A DNA stretch of 64,000 nucleotides from Methanomassiliicoccaceae archaeon (GCA_963728405.1 CAVSJV010000007.1:96001-160000); one strand, 5' to 3'. Positions 49,589-59,580 are shown, counted from the first letter of the stretch. Program-made: numbers and translations. Notes: generated by a model from the letters alone, not told the origin.

Positions 49589-51039
49589 GTCTTCTTCAGG
49601 ATCTTCTTCAGGATCTCCTTATCTTCTTGGTTGATACCTTTAAGGAGGAACAATAGGCCGAAGTAGACGACGATACCGACTCCCAGGGCGATGAAGAGGT
49701 TCATCCCGGGGATCAGCAGTAAGGCCACACCCATACCGACCACGGCCACCAATGGTTTTAGCGCGATGTCCACGAGATCGACCTTGAACACCTTGGTGCT
49801 CAAGAAGTAGAAGGTCGTGGACACCAGGGCCAGGTACGCGAAGGTGAAGGCCAGGGCCGCCCCATTCTGGTCTAGGAACGGAATGAAAGCGAAACACAGG
49901 ATCAGGTTCGCCAGGGCCCCGATGCCGTTAGCTACAGTGATGAGCCTGATATGCCGGGCCGATGCGAGCACGCTGCCCATGCCCGAGTCGAAGAAACTTA
50001 TCGCTACAGCGGGGATGAGGATCTGGAAGACCGTGATGGCCGGAAGGTACTGGGAGCCATAGAAGAGAAGGATGATCTTGTCCGCCAGGATGACGCCACC
50101 CACGGCGATGGGCAGGCCGAGAGCGAACATGTACTTCATGACCTTCTGCTGCATGAGCTGGGTCATCTCCACCGAGTTGCGGTACATGCGGGAGATCACC
50201 GGGAGCAGGGAGATGATCAGGACGTTCGGTATGGCGATCAGCGCGGTGACCATGTTGAAAGAGAGGTTATACATGCCCGTGGCCGTCAGTGCCGCGGAGT
50301 ACCCTAGGCCACCCCAGACCAGGATGAGCTGCACCAGGACAGCGTTGATCGAATACAGCGATGTGATGAACACATTAGATATGGCGTAGGGTACCGCTTC
50401 CCGCAGCTGCCTAGCTGCCTTGCTCAGGTCAGGCCTGCGGACCGGTCGTACCACCAGGCGGGAGCAGACCAGGTACCCCAGGAGGAACTGGAGGATGGAA
50501 CCGGTCAGGACGACCAGGGCGACTGCGTCGAGGCCGAACCCCAGCACCACCAGGACGATGGCGACGGTGACCGTGAACAGCCTCTCGACGATCGTGATGA
50601 AGAGGGTCAGGTGCATCCGCTCGAACGTGATATACATGGCATTGAAGGCCTGGTTGAGCCAGCTGAACGCGGTGGCGAAAGCGATGATCATGATGGCATA
50701 GGAAACGTCGGCCGGCTGGTTCTCCAAGAGCACTATCGCGAAGGTTAGTGCGAGCGCTACTCCCCCCAGTATGACTCGGAGGAACAGAGTGTTGGTGAGG
50801 TGTTGAGGGGCCAGGTCCTTGTTGGGCGCGACCTCGACCACCATCTGGAACCCCAAATTGAAATCGGCGATGAGGAAGACCAGGGAGCAGAGGGAAAAGG
50901 CCAATGTATAGGCGCCGTAGTTTTCGCTGCCCAGATAGCGGGCAAGGTAGATCGAGAGTATGAAGGTGGAAAGCTGGGCCAGCAGTTGCACCATGGCTAT
51001 GGCTAGAGCATTCCTAGTGACGTTGCGTACTAATCCCAT
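49585..51039 (-). CDS. Polysaccharide flippase (Wzx/MATE-like)
   Basis: ARYLGSENYGAY, DFNLG, about 14 TM segments, GAALA. Confidence 0.88.
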   Translation of the reverse strand: MGLVRNVTRNALAIAMVQLLAQLSTFILSIYLARYLGSENYGAYTLAFSLCSLVFLIADFNLGFQMVVEVAPNKDLAPQHLTNTLFLRVILGGVALALTFAIVLLENQPADVSYAIMIIAFATAFSWLNQAFNAMYITFERMHLTLFITIVERLFTVTVAIVLVVLGFGLDAVALVVLTGSILQFLLGYLVCSRLVVRPVRRPDLSKAARQLREAVPYAISNVFITSLYSINAVLVQLILVWGGLGYSAALTATGMYNLSFNMVTALIAIPNVLIISLLPVISRMYRNSVEMTQLMQQKVMKYMFALGLPIAVGGVILADKIILLFYGSQYLPAITVFQILIPAVAISFFDSGMGSVLASARHIRLITVANGIGALANLILCFAFIPFLDQNGAALAFTFAYLALVSTTFYFLSTKVFKVDLVDIALKPLVAVVGMGVALLLIPGMNLFIALGVGIVVYFGLLFLLKGINQEDKEILKKILKKT

Positions 51040-51378
51040 GGGTTGACCTGCATCATTGGAAGGTACGGCCCTTGGACCGGCCTATCAACTGTCATGAGTT
51101 TTGTTCCTAAGGTCGAGCAGCCGGACCGGGGCTCACTGACGCCGACAGCCATCGTACCACCTTTCACTCCCCATCTATTGGAGCCAGCGAGGTCATTTAT
51201 TTTGCTTTCAGTTCGGCCATATTGTGAGGAGGGCACAATGCTCAGGATCCGGAGCTAAAAAATGCTAGAGTGGCAAAGGTTGGTCTGATCTGGTTCTCCA
51301 GGCCCGTACGCTTCCTCTGCCCCTGGTCTGATATCATCCTTCTGCTCCTTTTTTTTCGGTTCTTCATTTCGGCGCCGA

Positions 51379-52194
51379 TCACTTGACCTCTGACCATGGC
51401 GCGTCGAGGAACGACATGGCAGGGCCAACCAGCCCGGGAGAAGATAGGACATCATAGTGGGTCATCCCTGGAAGAATGGCGAGCCGCGCCGTAGGCCTTC
51501 CGGAACCGTCCAAGCCAGCGTCCCGCTGCCCACCGCCGAGCAGCGCGAAGAACTCCATTATGTGCCCCAAGCGGACGGCGTCTGCATCGGCGAAGACGAT
51601 CATCATTGGTGACCTGATCTCCGCTACGTCCTTCGACCAGTCATAGTCCTGCCTCAGCAGCTCCCCCAGCCTGGTGAAAAGCACCGCCCAATCTGCGTCA
51701 GGATAAAGCCGGTCTAGAGGGCTCTGCTTCATGTACTTCGCAGCTTCGGGGCCCATCTGGGCCATGTTCTCTAGGACCTCAGGATACCAGCCGTCACGTT
51801 TGAAGGGAGTGGAAATGATCACAAGTTTGCTCACCGCCTCCGGATGCCGGATGGCGGTCTGCAGGCTGACCCCGCCGCCCAGCGAGTAGCCCATGATGTC
51901 GGCACTGGCGATGCCGAGATGCTTCATCAGAGCGGCGATGTCATCGGCCATCTGCTCGAAACGGAGCGGGCGATCGAGGGTAGCCGTACGTCCATGGCCT
52001 TCCAAATGGACGGTTATGACCTGCCTGTTCTCCGAGAGCTTCGGCAAGATGGGGTCGAACATCTCGCTCGCACTTACGCCGCCATGAAGGAGGATCAACG
52101 GTCTTCCGGACCCGTGGGCCTCATAATACATATTGAGGCCGTTCACCGATGCATAGCTGCCTACGATCTTAGTTGGTGTGCTCATCGCCCTCAT
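51379..52194 (-). CDS. Alpha/beta hydrolase
   Basis: LLHGG, GHGRT, GYSLGG nucleophile elbow, TH. Confidence 0.9.
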   Translation of the reverse strand: MRAMSTPTKIVGSYASVNGLNMYYEAHGSGRPLILLHGGVSASEMFDPILPKLSENRQVITVHLEGHGRTATLDRPLRFEQMADDIAALMKHLGIASADIMGYSLGGGVSLQTAIRHPEAVSKLVIISTPFKRDGWYPEVLENMAQMGPEAAKYMKQSPLDRLYPDADWAVLFTRLGELLRQDYDWSKDVAEIRSPMMIVFADADAVRLGHIMEFFALLGGGQRDAGLDGSGRPTARLAILPGMTHYDVLSSPGLVGPAMSFLDAPWSEVK

Positions 52195-52213
52195 CCATTC
52201 ACCTCCACTCGGG

Positions 52214-53170
52214 TCATGGTCGCCCCATAGCTGCCGTTCTAGCTTCTTGTTGTTTGTTCGATGGGCTCTCCTTTACCATCTCCCGGACGTCCAAAGGAAC
52301 TCCCCTGCTCTCGTCCCGGACCAGAGAGCGGGCGTTCTGGGGGCACGATCCCACGCAGACCCCGCAGCCCATGCACGTCTCCGTGTCGTTCACGATGGTC
52401 CGCCCCTCAGAGGTGACCGCATCAAAGGGGCAGGCATCGACGCACTTGCCGCAGGATGTGCAGGTTCCGGGATCGACCTTGATGGAGAACCCAGACGGCG
52501 TCAGGAATGAGGTATGGTATCGGTTCATCATGCGGATCCCCAGGCAGTGGTCCTTGCAGCAGTTGCAGAGGGAATAGAAGCGGTTCAGCATGGCGTCCTT
52601 GAAGTAGGCGGTGTGCATGTGTCCCCGTTCATGCTCCTGCCGAAGGACCTCCAGAGCCTCCTCCTGGGTCACTCTCCGGCTGGTCTCTGGCTGCTCGGCC
52701 AGCACCAGGTCGGTAAATGGCTTCCCGATGATCATGCATACTTGGCTCGGTTGGCAGTCGCTCCCCAGGGCGCGGCGGCAGGCGCACTCTAAGAGAACGA
52801 TATCGGCAGGGGCGTTCAGCATGAATTTCCGAGCCATGGCATAGGGAACGACCTGCTCTAGGTCGCGCAGGGAAATGTCCCGATCGACGCTGATTATCGC
52901 CTCCGCTTGATCGAGGGTGACCACCTTGCCGTGGTAGTGCTGGCTGAATTTCTCTTTCGATCCCTTCCCGGTGAACGGCCCGCGGATGTTCTTCTGGAAC
53001 CAAAAGTACTGCGAGGTTCCATAAACGGACGCGACCAATTTTTGAATGGCGGTCAGACCTTCGACCTTCGCCTCATCCAAGAACGCTTTTCGGGCATCCC
53101 TTTTCGCATCACTGGCTGTCGATATCCCATCATCTCCTGTTCCGACAGATAATTTGATGGGGAACCCCAC
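52214..53170 (-). CDS. 4Fe-4S ferredoxin-domain protein
   Basis: CACR, C, LCNCC..HC and C-terminal double CxxCxxCxxxCP. True start uncertain. Confidence 0.75.
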   Translation of the reverse strand: MGFPIKLSVGTGDDGISTASDAKRDARKAFLDEAKVEGLTAIQKLVASVYGTSQYFWFQKNIRGPFTGKGSKEKFSQHYHGKVVTLDQAEAIISVDRDISLRDLEQVVPYAMARKFMLNAPADIVLLECACRRALGSDCQPSQVCMIIGKPFTDLVLAEQPETSRRVTQEEALEVLRQEHERGHMHTAYFKDAMLNRFYSLCNCCKDHCLGIRMMNRYHTSFLTPSGFSIKVDPGTCTSCGKCVDACPFDAVTSEGRTIVNDTETCMGCGVCVGSCPQNARSLVRDESRGVPLDVREMVKESPSNKQQEARTAAMGRP

Positions 53171-53245
53171 CTACATATCAGTATCTTGGCCGGCCTAGGG
53201 GGCCGGATCACTATCCAATTTCCGGCCTCTGATCTTGGAGGTCGA

Positions 53246-53587
53246 CTAGGCTCGGTCGATCAGGGTCGGGACATTAGTACCGATTCTCGTCACCGTGTCC
53301 AGGGTCAACAGCCGGGCCTCGGTGCAGAGCTCCTTGCCCCGAGCAAAGAAATCTTTGAACTCCTTTGTCTCCCTCCATCGAGCTAGGGCCTCATCGCTCG
53401 TCCAGGAGCCGAAGGCGACAAAGACATTAGGGTCCGATCGGTCGTGCGTAAGATAGGCCTCGATCGCTCCAAATTGGTTATCGATGGTCCACTTGGCGAA
53501 AGCCTTCCAGGAACTGATGAACTCCTCTTCATTTCCTTCCTTAACGGTCCATAGGCCCATCGCGAAAAAGCTCACCTCGTCTACCAT
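53246..53587 (-). CDS. Antibiotic biosynthesis monooxygenase (ABM) family protein
   Basis: W.VKEG.EEEF...W; D..DP..FV.F..W.S. Confidence 0.75.
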   Translation of the reverse strand: MVDEVSFFAMGLWTVKEGNEEEFISSWKAFAKWTIDNQFGAIEAYLTHDRSDPNVFVAFGSWTSDEALARWRETKEFKDFFARGKELCTEARLLTLDTVTRIGTNVPTLIDRA

Positions 53588-53685
53588 TTTGCAACCTCAT
53601 ATCAACTTGGTGGCAGGAGTATTTTAATGATGTGCTGGTCTCGCATCGAGCTATGTCATTGTTTTCTCGAGCCTGGATCGACCGT

Positions 53686-54444
53686 TCAGCCATCGGACTC
53701 TTCCTTCTCCTTTTCCAATAGTCGCTCCCAGTCGGGCGGTCTCTCCCGGAACCCCCGAGAACGCCAGAAGGCGATGTTGTTGGGGTTCTTCTGGTTGGAG
53801 CGGTCGTTCCTGTACAACACGTACTTCTGAACGTTGACGGGCTTTCCCCCGGCATCGGTGACCCGCAGCCCCTCGCAAGCCTTGTTCTCATGTTTCCGCT
53901 CGCCGACATGCCCTTCCATGACCTTGCTCCCCCTCGCCAGAAGCTGGAGCACATGGCAGCCGAAGCCCAAGGACTCGCATTTGGAGACCAGGAACCCGGA
54001 GATGGAGTTCGCTTCCCCCACCACCTGGGCCGCGCGACCGTGATCATGGATATAATCCAGTGCCACAGTGATGTCCTTGTCCCCGGTGACCAGGATCATG
54101 ACGTCTGGGCAATCCTCATCGTGAAGGCGGTCCACTAGGGCACAGTGCATCGACGGGTCGGTGAGGCTCTTTCCGAAAGTGAACGCTCCAGTGTGTGGAT
54201 CAACATACTTGAACGACTTGGTCTCCTGGAACCGGAAGCCATTCATCTCGTAGTCCTCCCTGGTCCGGGCCGACCGCCACAGGGTTGCCTCATCTAGGAA
54301 CACCCGGGCGTCCTTGACCTCGCCGAAGGTGGTAGCATGCTCGACCAACAGACTACCTATCCTTTCGAGGATGGCCATCTCGCCGGCCTCATAGAGGCCC
54401 CGTTCCATGTTAGGGCCATCCACATAGATGCCCACGGCGGTCAC
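53686..54444 (-). CDS. NYN (LabA/PIN-like) domain protein
   Basis: IYVDGPN, KSLTD, LVTGDKD acidic residues of the NYN active site. Confidence 0.8.
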   Translation of the reverse strand: MTAVGIYVDGPNMERGLYEAGEMAILERIGSLLVEHATTFGEVKDARVFLDEATLWRSARTREDYEMNGFRFQETKSFKYVDPHTGAFTFGKSLTDPSMHCALVDRLHDEDCPDVMILVTGDKDITVALDYIHDHGRAAQVVGEANSISGFLVSKCESLGFGCHVLQLLARGSKVMEGHVGERKHENKACEGLRVTDAGGKPVNVQKYVLYRNDRSNQKNPNNIAFWRSRGFRERPPDWERLLEKEKEESDG

Positions 54445-55988
54445 TACGGTCCACGCTCCCGAAGCCCGGCCAGGATGATCTCGTCTATGCTCTGCTGCTC
54501 GAACCTTCGATTGAGGAGGGCGAGGAGAACCCGCGGGATGGTAAAGGTCACCACCTGGGTCCCCTCAAGATATCGGCGGACCTGGTCGCTCAAGGCGTAG
54601 CTGTACTTGGCCAGAGACTCGTAATAGTCTAGGATGGTGATCTTGGCCACGATCTCCCTGGCCAGTTCGTCGTTCAGTCCGTCCCTTTCCGCTTTGGCGA
54701 TGAGCGCATGGACCTCGGCGTCCAGGGCGTCCATGTCTGGCTGGGGGAACTTCCCCGGATCTCGATGGAGCTGTCGGGATAGGGCCAGAAGTTTGCCTCC
54801 GATAGCCAAGATCATCTGGTCCATGGTGCTTTCGGACACCTCGGCGTCATCGAGTAAGAATCGTTCGGTGGCGGGGTCCAGCCTGAGATCGAACCCCAGC
54901 ACCGAATAGTCCTGGTCCCCGCAGTCGGGGTCCCTGGCGTTCACCGGAAAGCGTACTTCCGCCCTGATGCCGGATAGATCCTTAAGCCTCGAACGGAACA
55001 GTTCCTGACCTTCGGGCGACATCTTCTGGGGGATGCCGATCGCCCGGGGGATCACAGTATGCTCATCGAACAGTACCGTCTCGATGCTCAGCGCCTCCTG
55101 GAGAGCTATATCCTCCTCCCGGCTCGTTCCATGCACCTCCACCTGGCACCCCTTGACCCGAGGGTCCCTCTTCTCCGTGGTCAGCATTTCCAGGAGGCCG
55201 TAATATTCAGCGTTCTCAGACCGCTCCAGGCCGAAGCTCTTCGATGTGTGGTACAGTCCGACCGCGAAGCTCCTGGATGCCGGGGTCATCTCCACGTGGA
55301 ACACCCCCTGGTCCGGAGAGATGAGTTCCCAGTAGTTCTCCACCGCCTCGGGTGGGTGGAAGAACTCGTTGCGGCCGTGGATGTTGTTCAGCCGGAACAG
55401 GTTCTTCAGGAAGTATCGCGCATATTTTCTGAGGTCCGACGGCAGACCTTCATTCTCTATCCGGGTGCGCAGGACCGGACGGCTGGCCGCCCCTTCGCTT
55501 CCGCCCACGTCATCGGAATCGATCTCCTCCGGGCCCGTCCTCCTGGTCCCGGTCCATCCATCCAGGGAGAATCGGAGAATGCGTATCTTATTCTCGTCCG
55601 CATTTTCGGCTATATCGTCCAGTGCCTCCCTCACCACCGGTGCCAGCAATCGCCGCAGCAGGTCACTACGGCTTTCGTTGGTCTTGGCCAGCGCTTCCAG
55701 TATGCGATATAACGTCGCGGTCCTCACCCTGACACTGCGGGAAGCCATCTGGGAGAAGCATTTCTTGAAGACCGCCTCTCCGTTGAACTCGAGGTCGCCC
55801 AAGAGGCGATAGGCCTCTTCGCCGTCCCCTGCCGTGCGCAGCTCTTCGATGCGGTCCATGACCTCTTGCCGGGACAGTAGTCTGATGACCTCTTTGGATC
55901 GCACCGGGATCAGGTCAAGGAGCGCGGCCAGGATCTCAGCATCGGCCCACTCGCCGGCAGGCATATCGCGGAAGGGCATGCTGTGCAT
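54444..55988 (-). CDS. Large hypothetical protein (514 aa)
   Basis: Long ORF with host-like codon usage; its stop overlaps the NYN start. Confidence 0.7.
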   Translation of the reverse strand: MHSMPFRDMPAGEWADAEILAALLDLIPVRSKEVIRLLSRQEVMDRIEELRTAGDGEEAYRLLGDLEFNGEAVFKKCFSQMASRSVRVRTATLYRILEALAKTNESRSDLLRRLLAPVVREALDDIAENADENKIRILRFSLDGWTGTRRTGPEEIDSDDVGGSEGAASRPVLRTRIENEGLPSDLRKYARYFLKNLFRLNNIHGRNEFFHPPEAVENYWELISPDQGVFHVEMTPASRSFAVGLYHTSKSFGLERSENAEYYGLLEMLTTEKRDPRVKGCQVEVHGTSREEDIALQEALSIETVLFDEHTVIPRAIGIPQKMSPEGQELFRSRLKDLSGIRAEVRFPVNARDPDCGDQDYSVLGFDLRLDPATERFLLDDAEVSESTMDQMILAIGGKLLALSRQLHRDPGKFPQPDMDALDAEVHALIAKAERDGLNDELAREIVAKITILDYYESLAKYSYALSDQVRRYLEGTQVVTFTIPRVLLALLNRRFEQQSIDEIILAGLRERGP

Positions 55989-56021
55989 ATTCTCCTAGGC
56001 CCATATGGCACTTTCGTGCTA

Positions 56022-56333
56022 TCATATATCGATGGTTACGCATCCTTCCTTTACTTGCACAGGGTACGAGCGGAGGTCGAACGCGCGGCCCTCGGAGTCC
56101 ACTGGTTGGCCGAGCACCATGCCGGTGCGGACATCGTACCGGGCCTGGTGCCGCGGGCACTCGACCACGAAGCCGTCCAGCCTTCCCAAGGTCAGGTCGG
56201 CGAGGCCATGGGAGCAGATGCCGTCCATGGCATAGACCGCGCCACCCACATTGGCCACCAGGATCGTTCGCCCCAGGATGTCGACGTTGCGCATGGTGCC
56301 AGGTTGAAGCTCCGATGTAAGGCACGCTATCAT
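56022..56333 (-). CDS. Rieske [2Fe-2S] ferredoxin
   Basis: CSH and CPRH Rieske ligands. Confidence 0.85.
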   Translation of the reverse strand: MIACLTSELQPGTMRNVDILGRTILVANVGGAVYAMDGICSHGLADLTLGRLDGFVVECPRHQARYDVRTGMVLGQPVDSEGRAFDLRSYPVQVKEGCVTIDI

Positions 56334-56440
56334 CTTTACCGTTGGAACCACCTGGATGATAATGGCCTCTGGCACAATATATCGCTTTCCGGGAAGACAA
56401 TCTGACAACCCTAAAATAGCTATGATCTGCTGTCAGGGCG

Positions 56441-57331
56441 ATGATAATCGACAGCCATATCCACATCTGGCTCCGAGATCACTTACCCGACTCGATGGTC
56501 CGGGCATATCTGGAGCCGCTGAACGCCCTGAAGGACCTCTTCGATCTGGGGATCGATGTGGAGAACGTATGGCCTGATTATGGTGTCGATGTCAACAAGC
56601 TCCTGGAGATGATGGCCGCCGGGCCGGTGGACAAGGCGATCGCTCTGCCGATCGATTACAACCTCATCGAGCAGGCCAGGATCGACATTGAGGAGTACAA
56701 CACCTGGGCCTTCGAGACCACCGCCCCCTATCGCGACAAGGTCATCCCGTTCATCGGCATCGATCCACAGCGCGGCGCAAGGGCTCTGGGGATCATGGAG
56801 AAGTTCGTCAAGCGGTACGATGCCCGTGGCCTAAAGGTGTACCCCGCGACGGGGTGGTATCCTCAGGAGGATCGCATAAAGGATTTCTGGAAGATGGCGA
56901 ACGACCTCGAACTAGCAGTGGTCTCCCATGCCGGGGCGGCCTGGGGGCCCCTGGATGATAAGTTCACCCGGCCGTCGTTCTACGATGAGGTGCTGAGCAA
57001 GTACCCCGACCTGAAGGTCATCATCGCCCACCTGGGCGGCAAATGGAGGGCAGAGACCTACGAGCTGTGCGCCAAGCATGCGAACTGCTACACCGATATC
57101 TCGGCGCTGCAGGGCTGGCTGCCCTCCGATCCGGCCACCTGCATCTCCCGGCTGAAGGAAGTGGCCGAAAAAGCGCCTGACCGGGCGTCGTTCGGTACCG
57201 ACTGGCCGCTGTTCGACCTGAGCTACCCGTCCTCGAGCTGGCTGAACTTCGTCAAGGAGCAGCCATGGGCCGACGAGGGCACCAAGGCCAAGGTGTTGGG
57301 TGGGAACATGCAGCGGTTACTGGGTCTGTGA
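56441..57331 (+). CDS. Amidohydrolase_2 family protein
   Basis: DSHIH, GLKVYP, SHAG, AHLGG, FGTDWP. Confidence 0.88.
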   Translation: MIIDSHIHIWLRDHLPDSMVRAYLEPLNALKDLFDLGIDVENVWPDYGVDVNKLLEMMAAGPVDKAIALPIDYNLIEQARIDIEEYNTWAFETTAPYRDKVIPFIGIDPQRGARALGIMEKFVKRYDARGLKVYPATGWYPQEDRIKDFWKMANDLELAVVSHAGAAWGPLDDKFTRPSFYDEVLSKYPDLKVIIAHLGGKWRAETYELCAKHANCYTDISALQGWLPSDPATCISRLKEVAEKAPDRASFGTDWPLFDLSYPSSSWLNFVKEQPWADEGTKAKVLGGNMQRLLGL

Positions 57332-57436
57332 CATCTCCTCATCGCCGCGATCGGATCCATCCTGCCGCAATTCGGCCGGTGACGACGGTCCCGGTTCGAA
57401 GGGCCCCGTGACCCTATAAAGTTCGAGCCAGTTCCA

Positions 57437-57880
57437 TCAGGTCCTGCCCATCCACCCTGTACACGTCCAGTCGGCCATGGGCTTCGCTCCCATGTGTTTG
57501 TAGAAAGCAACGGTCGATCCGTTCCAGTCCAGGCGCCCGCAGCCCCGCTCGATGGCGATCTTGGCCAGGCACGCGAACAGGGCACGGCCGAGCATCGGGC
57601 CGCGATACTCTTCCTTGACGAACAGGTCCTCCGGGTACAGGTTCGCCTTGCCCAGGAATGTGGAGAGATTGTTAAAGAACAAGGCAAATGCCACCGGCTC
57701 CCCTCGGTATTCGCCGATGAGGGCCTCGGCATGGTGCTTTCTGAACAGGAGATCGAAGAGGATATCCTCGGTCGCGACGACCTCATCCGGTAATCATTCG
57801 TATTTGGCCAGATCCCTAATGAGATCCAGGATGAGCTCCGTATCTTCTTCCTGCGCTAGCCGGATGATGAACTCTGGATC
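57437..57880 (-). pseudogene. GNAT (spermidine/diamine acetyltransferase-like) pseudogene
   Basis: IRLAQEED..LI..LAKYE*L in-frame TGA at 57794-57796; LY.EDLFV.EEYRG; internal deletion near RLDWN. Confidence 0.7.
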
Positions 57881-57943
57881 ATTGGCGACGAATGCTCGTT
57901 CATAGCCTACTCCTGCATGAACTCGATCCACTTTCTGCTGCGA

Positions 57944-58507
57944 TCATAGCAGTGGTTTGCCCCATACTTCCTGGAAGAAGTTCTCTCCGATGGGCTTCCG
58001 TTCCGGCCGCTCCAACTGTTCTGCTTTCTGCTTATCGGACAGCAGGCTCTCGTCCTCTCCGGGATGGCCGCAGATGACCAGAGCGATGACCACGTAATCG
58101 GCTGGGATGCCTAATACCGCTCGAACCTTGACCGGATTGAATCCGGCGATGGGGTGCGCGATGAGCCCCAGCTCGGTGGCCTGCAGTAACATCTCCGCCA
58201 CCGCCAGCCCGCAACCGAACTTGAAGTAGTCCCGTCCTTCGTTCGAGCGACAGTCGTCCGCTGGCTTTCCAGTGATGACCATAATGAGCGGGGCGGTGGT
58301 GGCCCACACATTCCCTTTGTTCAGGCATTCCTTGACCGGGGGGAGCGATTTCCCGGAGCAGATGATCACTCTCCAGGGCTGGTTATTTATGCAGCTGGGG
58401 GCCAGGCGCATGGCCTCGATCAGTGCCTGTATGCTCTCTTCCTCGATGGGGCGTGGGTCGAAGACCCGATATGCTCTTCTGCGGCGTATGGCCTCGCTAA
58501 CGTCCAT
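57944..58507 (-). CDS. Nitroreductase family protein
   Basis: IRRRRAYRVF, APSCINNQPW, ATELGL..HPIAGF. Confidence 0.9.
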   Translation of the reverse strand: MDVSEAIRRRRAYRVFDPRPIEEESIQALIEAMRLAPSCINNQPWRVIICSGKSLPPVKECLNKGNVWATTAPLIMVITGKPADDCRSNEGRDYFKFGCGLAVAEMLLQATELGLIAHPIAGFNPVKVRAVLGIPADYVVIALVICGHPGEDESLLSDKQKAEQLERPERKPIGENFFQEVWGKPLL

Positions 58508-58664
58508 GTCCTCTCCCGGCGGCATGGGGCTCGCCCTGGATAAGGATATTGAGGGGGCCGAAAGCGGCGGGCGATGGGGCGTCGGGAACATGGCCAGATG
58601 TGCGATAATTAGGGCGCCGCGGCAGGCCAAACCTTTTATTGGAAAAGCCCTATCGAGGGAATGC

Positions 58665-58783
58665 GGGCTCGTGGCTTAGCCTGGATATAGCACTGGCCTT
58701 CTACCATGAATGTCATGGAAGCAAGTCAGTGGTCTCGGGTTCGAAACCTTCCCAAGAAGGCGAAATTCCCGACGAGCCCGCCA
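58665..58783 (+). tRNA. tRNA-Arg(TCT) with two introns (58704-58723 at 37/38; 58746-58766 at 59/60)
   Basis: Removing both BHB-flanked hairpins yields a normal cloverleaf with anticodon TCT, T-loop TTCGAAT and encoded CCA. Confidence 0.9.
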
Positions 58784-58971
58784 TTTCCCAATGAAAAGCT
58801 TCATTAATGCCCACAGATTCTGGGCTAGAATATAGCAGCTTGAGGAATACTAATGAAGAGAAGTTCACGCGCTTGGAAAAAGCGAGGCAAGCAGAGATGG
58901 AAGTGGCGCAAGAAGAAGATGCGTCGCCGGAAGCGGGCGCAGAGGATGCGCAAGACTTAACGCTGACCAGT

Positions 58972-59143
58972 GGGGGTATGGGCTAATTCGGTATACTCGC
59001 GGGCTCCAGTTATACGGGAATGATAGGAACGGGTTTGCTGACCGGTTGATGAGTAACTGGAGCGTTGACCCGTACAATTCCGATGGGGTCGCTCCCCGTC
59101 CGGTGGAAACCCGCTGATCTGGGTTCAAATCCCGGTGCCCCCA
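58972..59143 (+). tRNA. tRNA-Trp(CCA) with a 99-nt intron (59010-59108)
   Basis: GGGGGTA...GCGGG-CT-CCA-G|intron|A-CCCGC...GGTTCAAATCC...TGCCCCCA. D-stem pairs poorly. Confidence 0.88.
59013..59075 (+). ncRNA. Intron-encoded box C/D guide RNA for pre-tRNA-Trp
   Basis: Terminal stem TACGGG/CCCGTA; C ATGATA, D' CTGA, C' TGATGA, D TTGA; guides complementary to C34 and C39. Confidence 0.8.
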
Positions 59144-59500
59144 CTCCAATATCTGGCTAACAAACTATTTGCCCCATTTCGGCCGTCAAACCCCAAGTTA
59201 GGAGGAAATCCGGACCGCCGGAAGCCCTGAGACAATTCTCGGGGCTTCTCGGCCGTTCTCCTTCTTACCACTCATTTTCGCTTCTATATCTTGGAGGAAG
59301 TTACTGACTTTCCACTGTTCTTTAGCGAGCTCATCGACGGTCACGCCCATCTAGCGATGGGTCCGTCTGGACGTCCTTGTGCTCCATCGCTTCCCTGATC
59401 CGTTCGACGGGCATGCCCGCCAGCCACGCGAGGCGGCAGCTGGTCCTTCTCAGGGTGTGGTTTCCCGCTGGCCTGTTTATCTCTGCTATTCTTGAGACGT
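59125..59500 (-). pseudogene. Decayed tyrosine integrase at tRNA-Trp
   Basis: GNHTLRRT...MEHKDVQT resembles the tRNA-Ala integrase; tail VSQ...SGGTGI* ends in the tRNA T-loop. Confidence 0.7.
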
Positions 59501-59580
59501 CCAGATAGTTATATTCATTGATGATGAATGGATCGAACCCCCATATCATCCCAGATCGATGATGGCTAAGACGCCTCCGA

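Noticed and set aside
49341-51152. 13-bp direct repeat CGCCGACAGCCAT flanking the flippase
   Set aside because: Short and GC-rich, with no mobility gene or terminal structure; may be chance.
57794-57796. In-frame TGA in the GNAT gene as selenocysteine
   Set aside because: Not a Cys-equivalent position, and the gene has other lesions; treated as a pseudogene.
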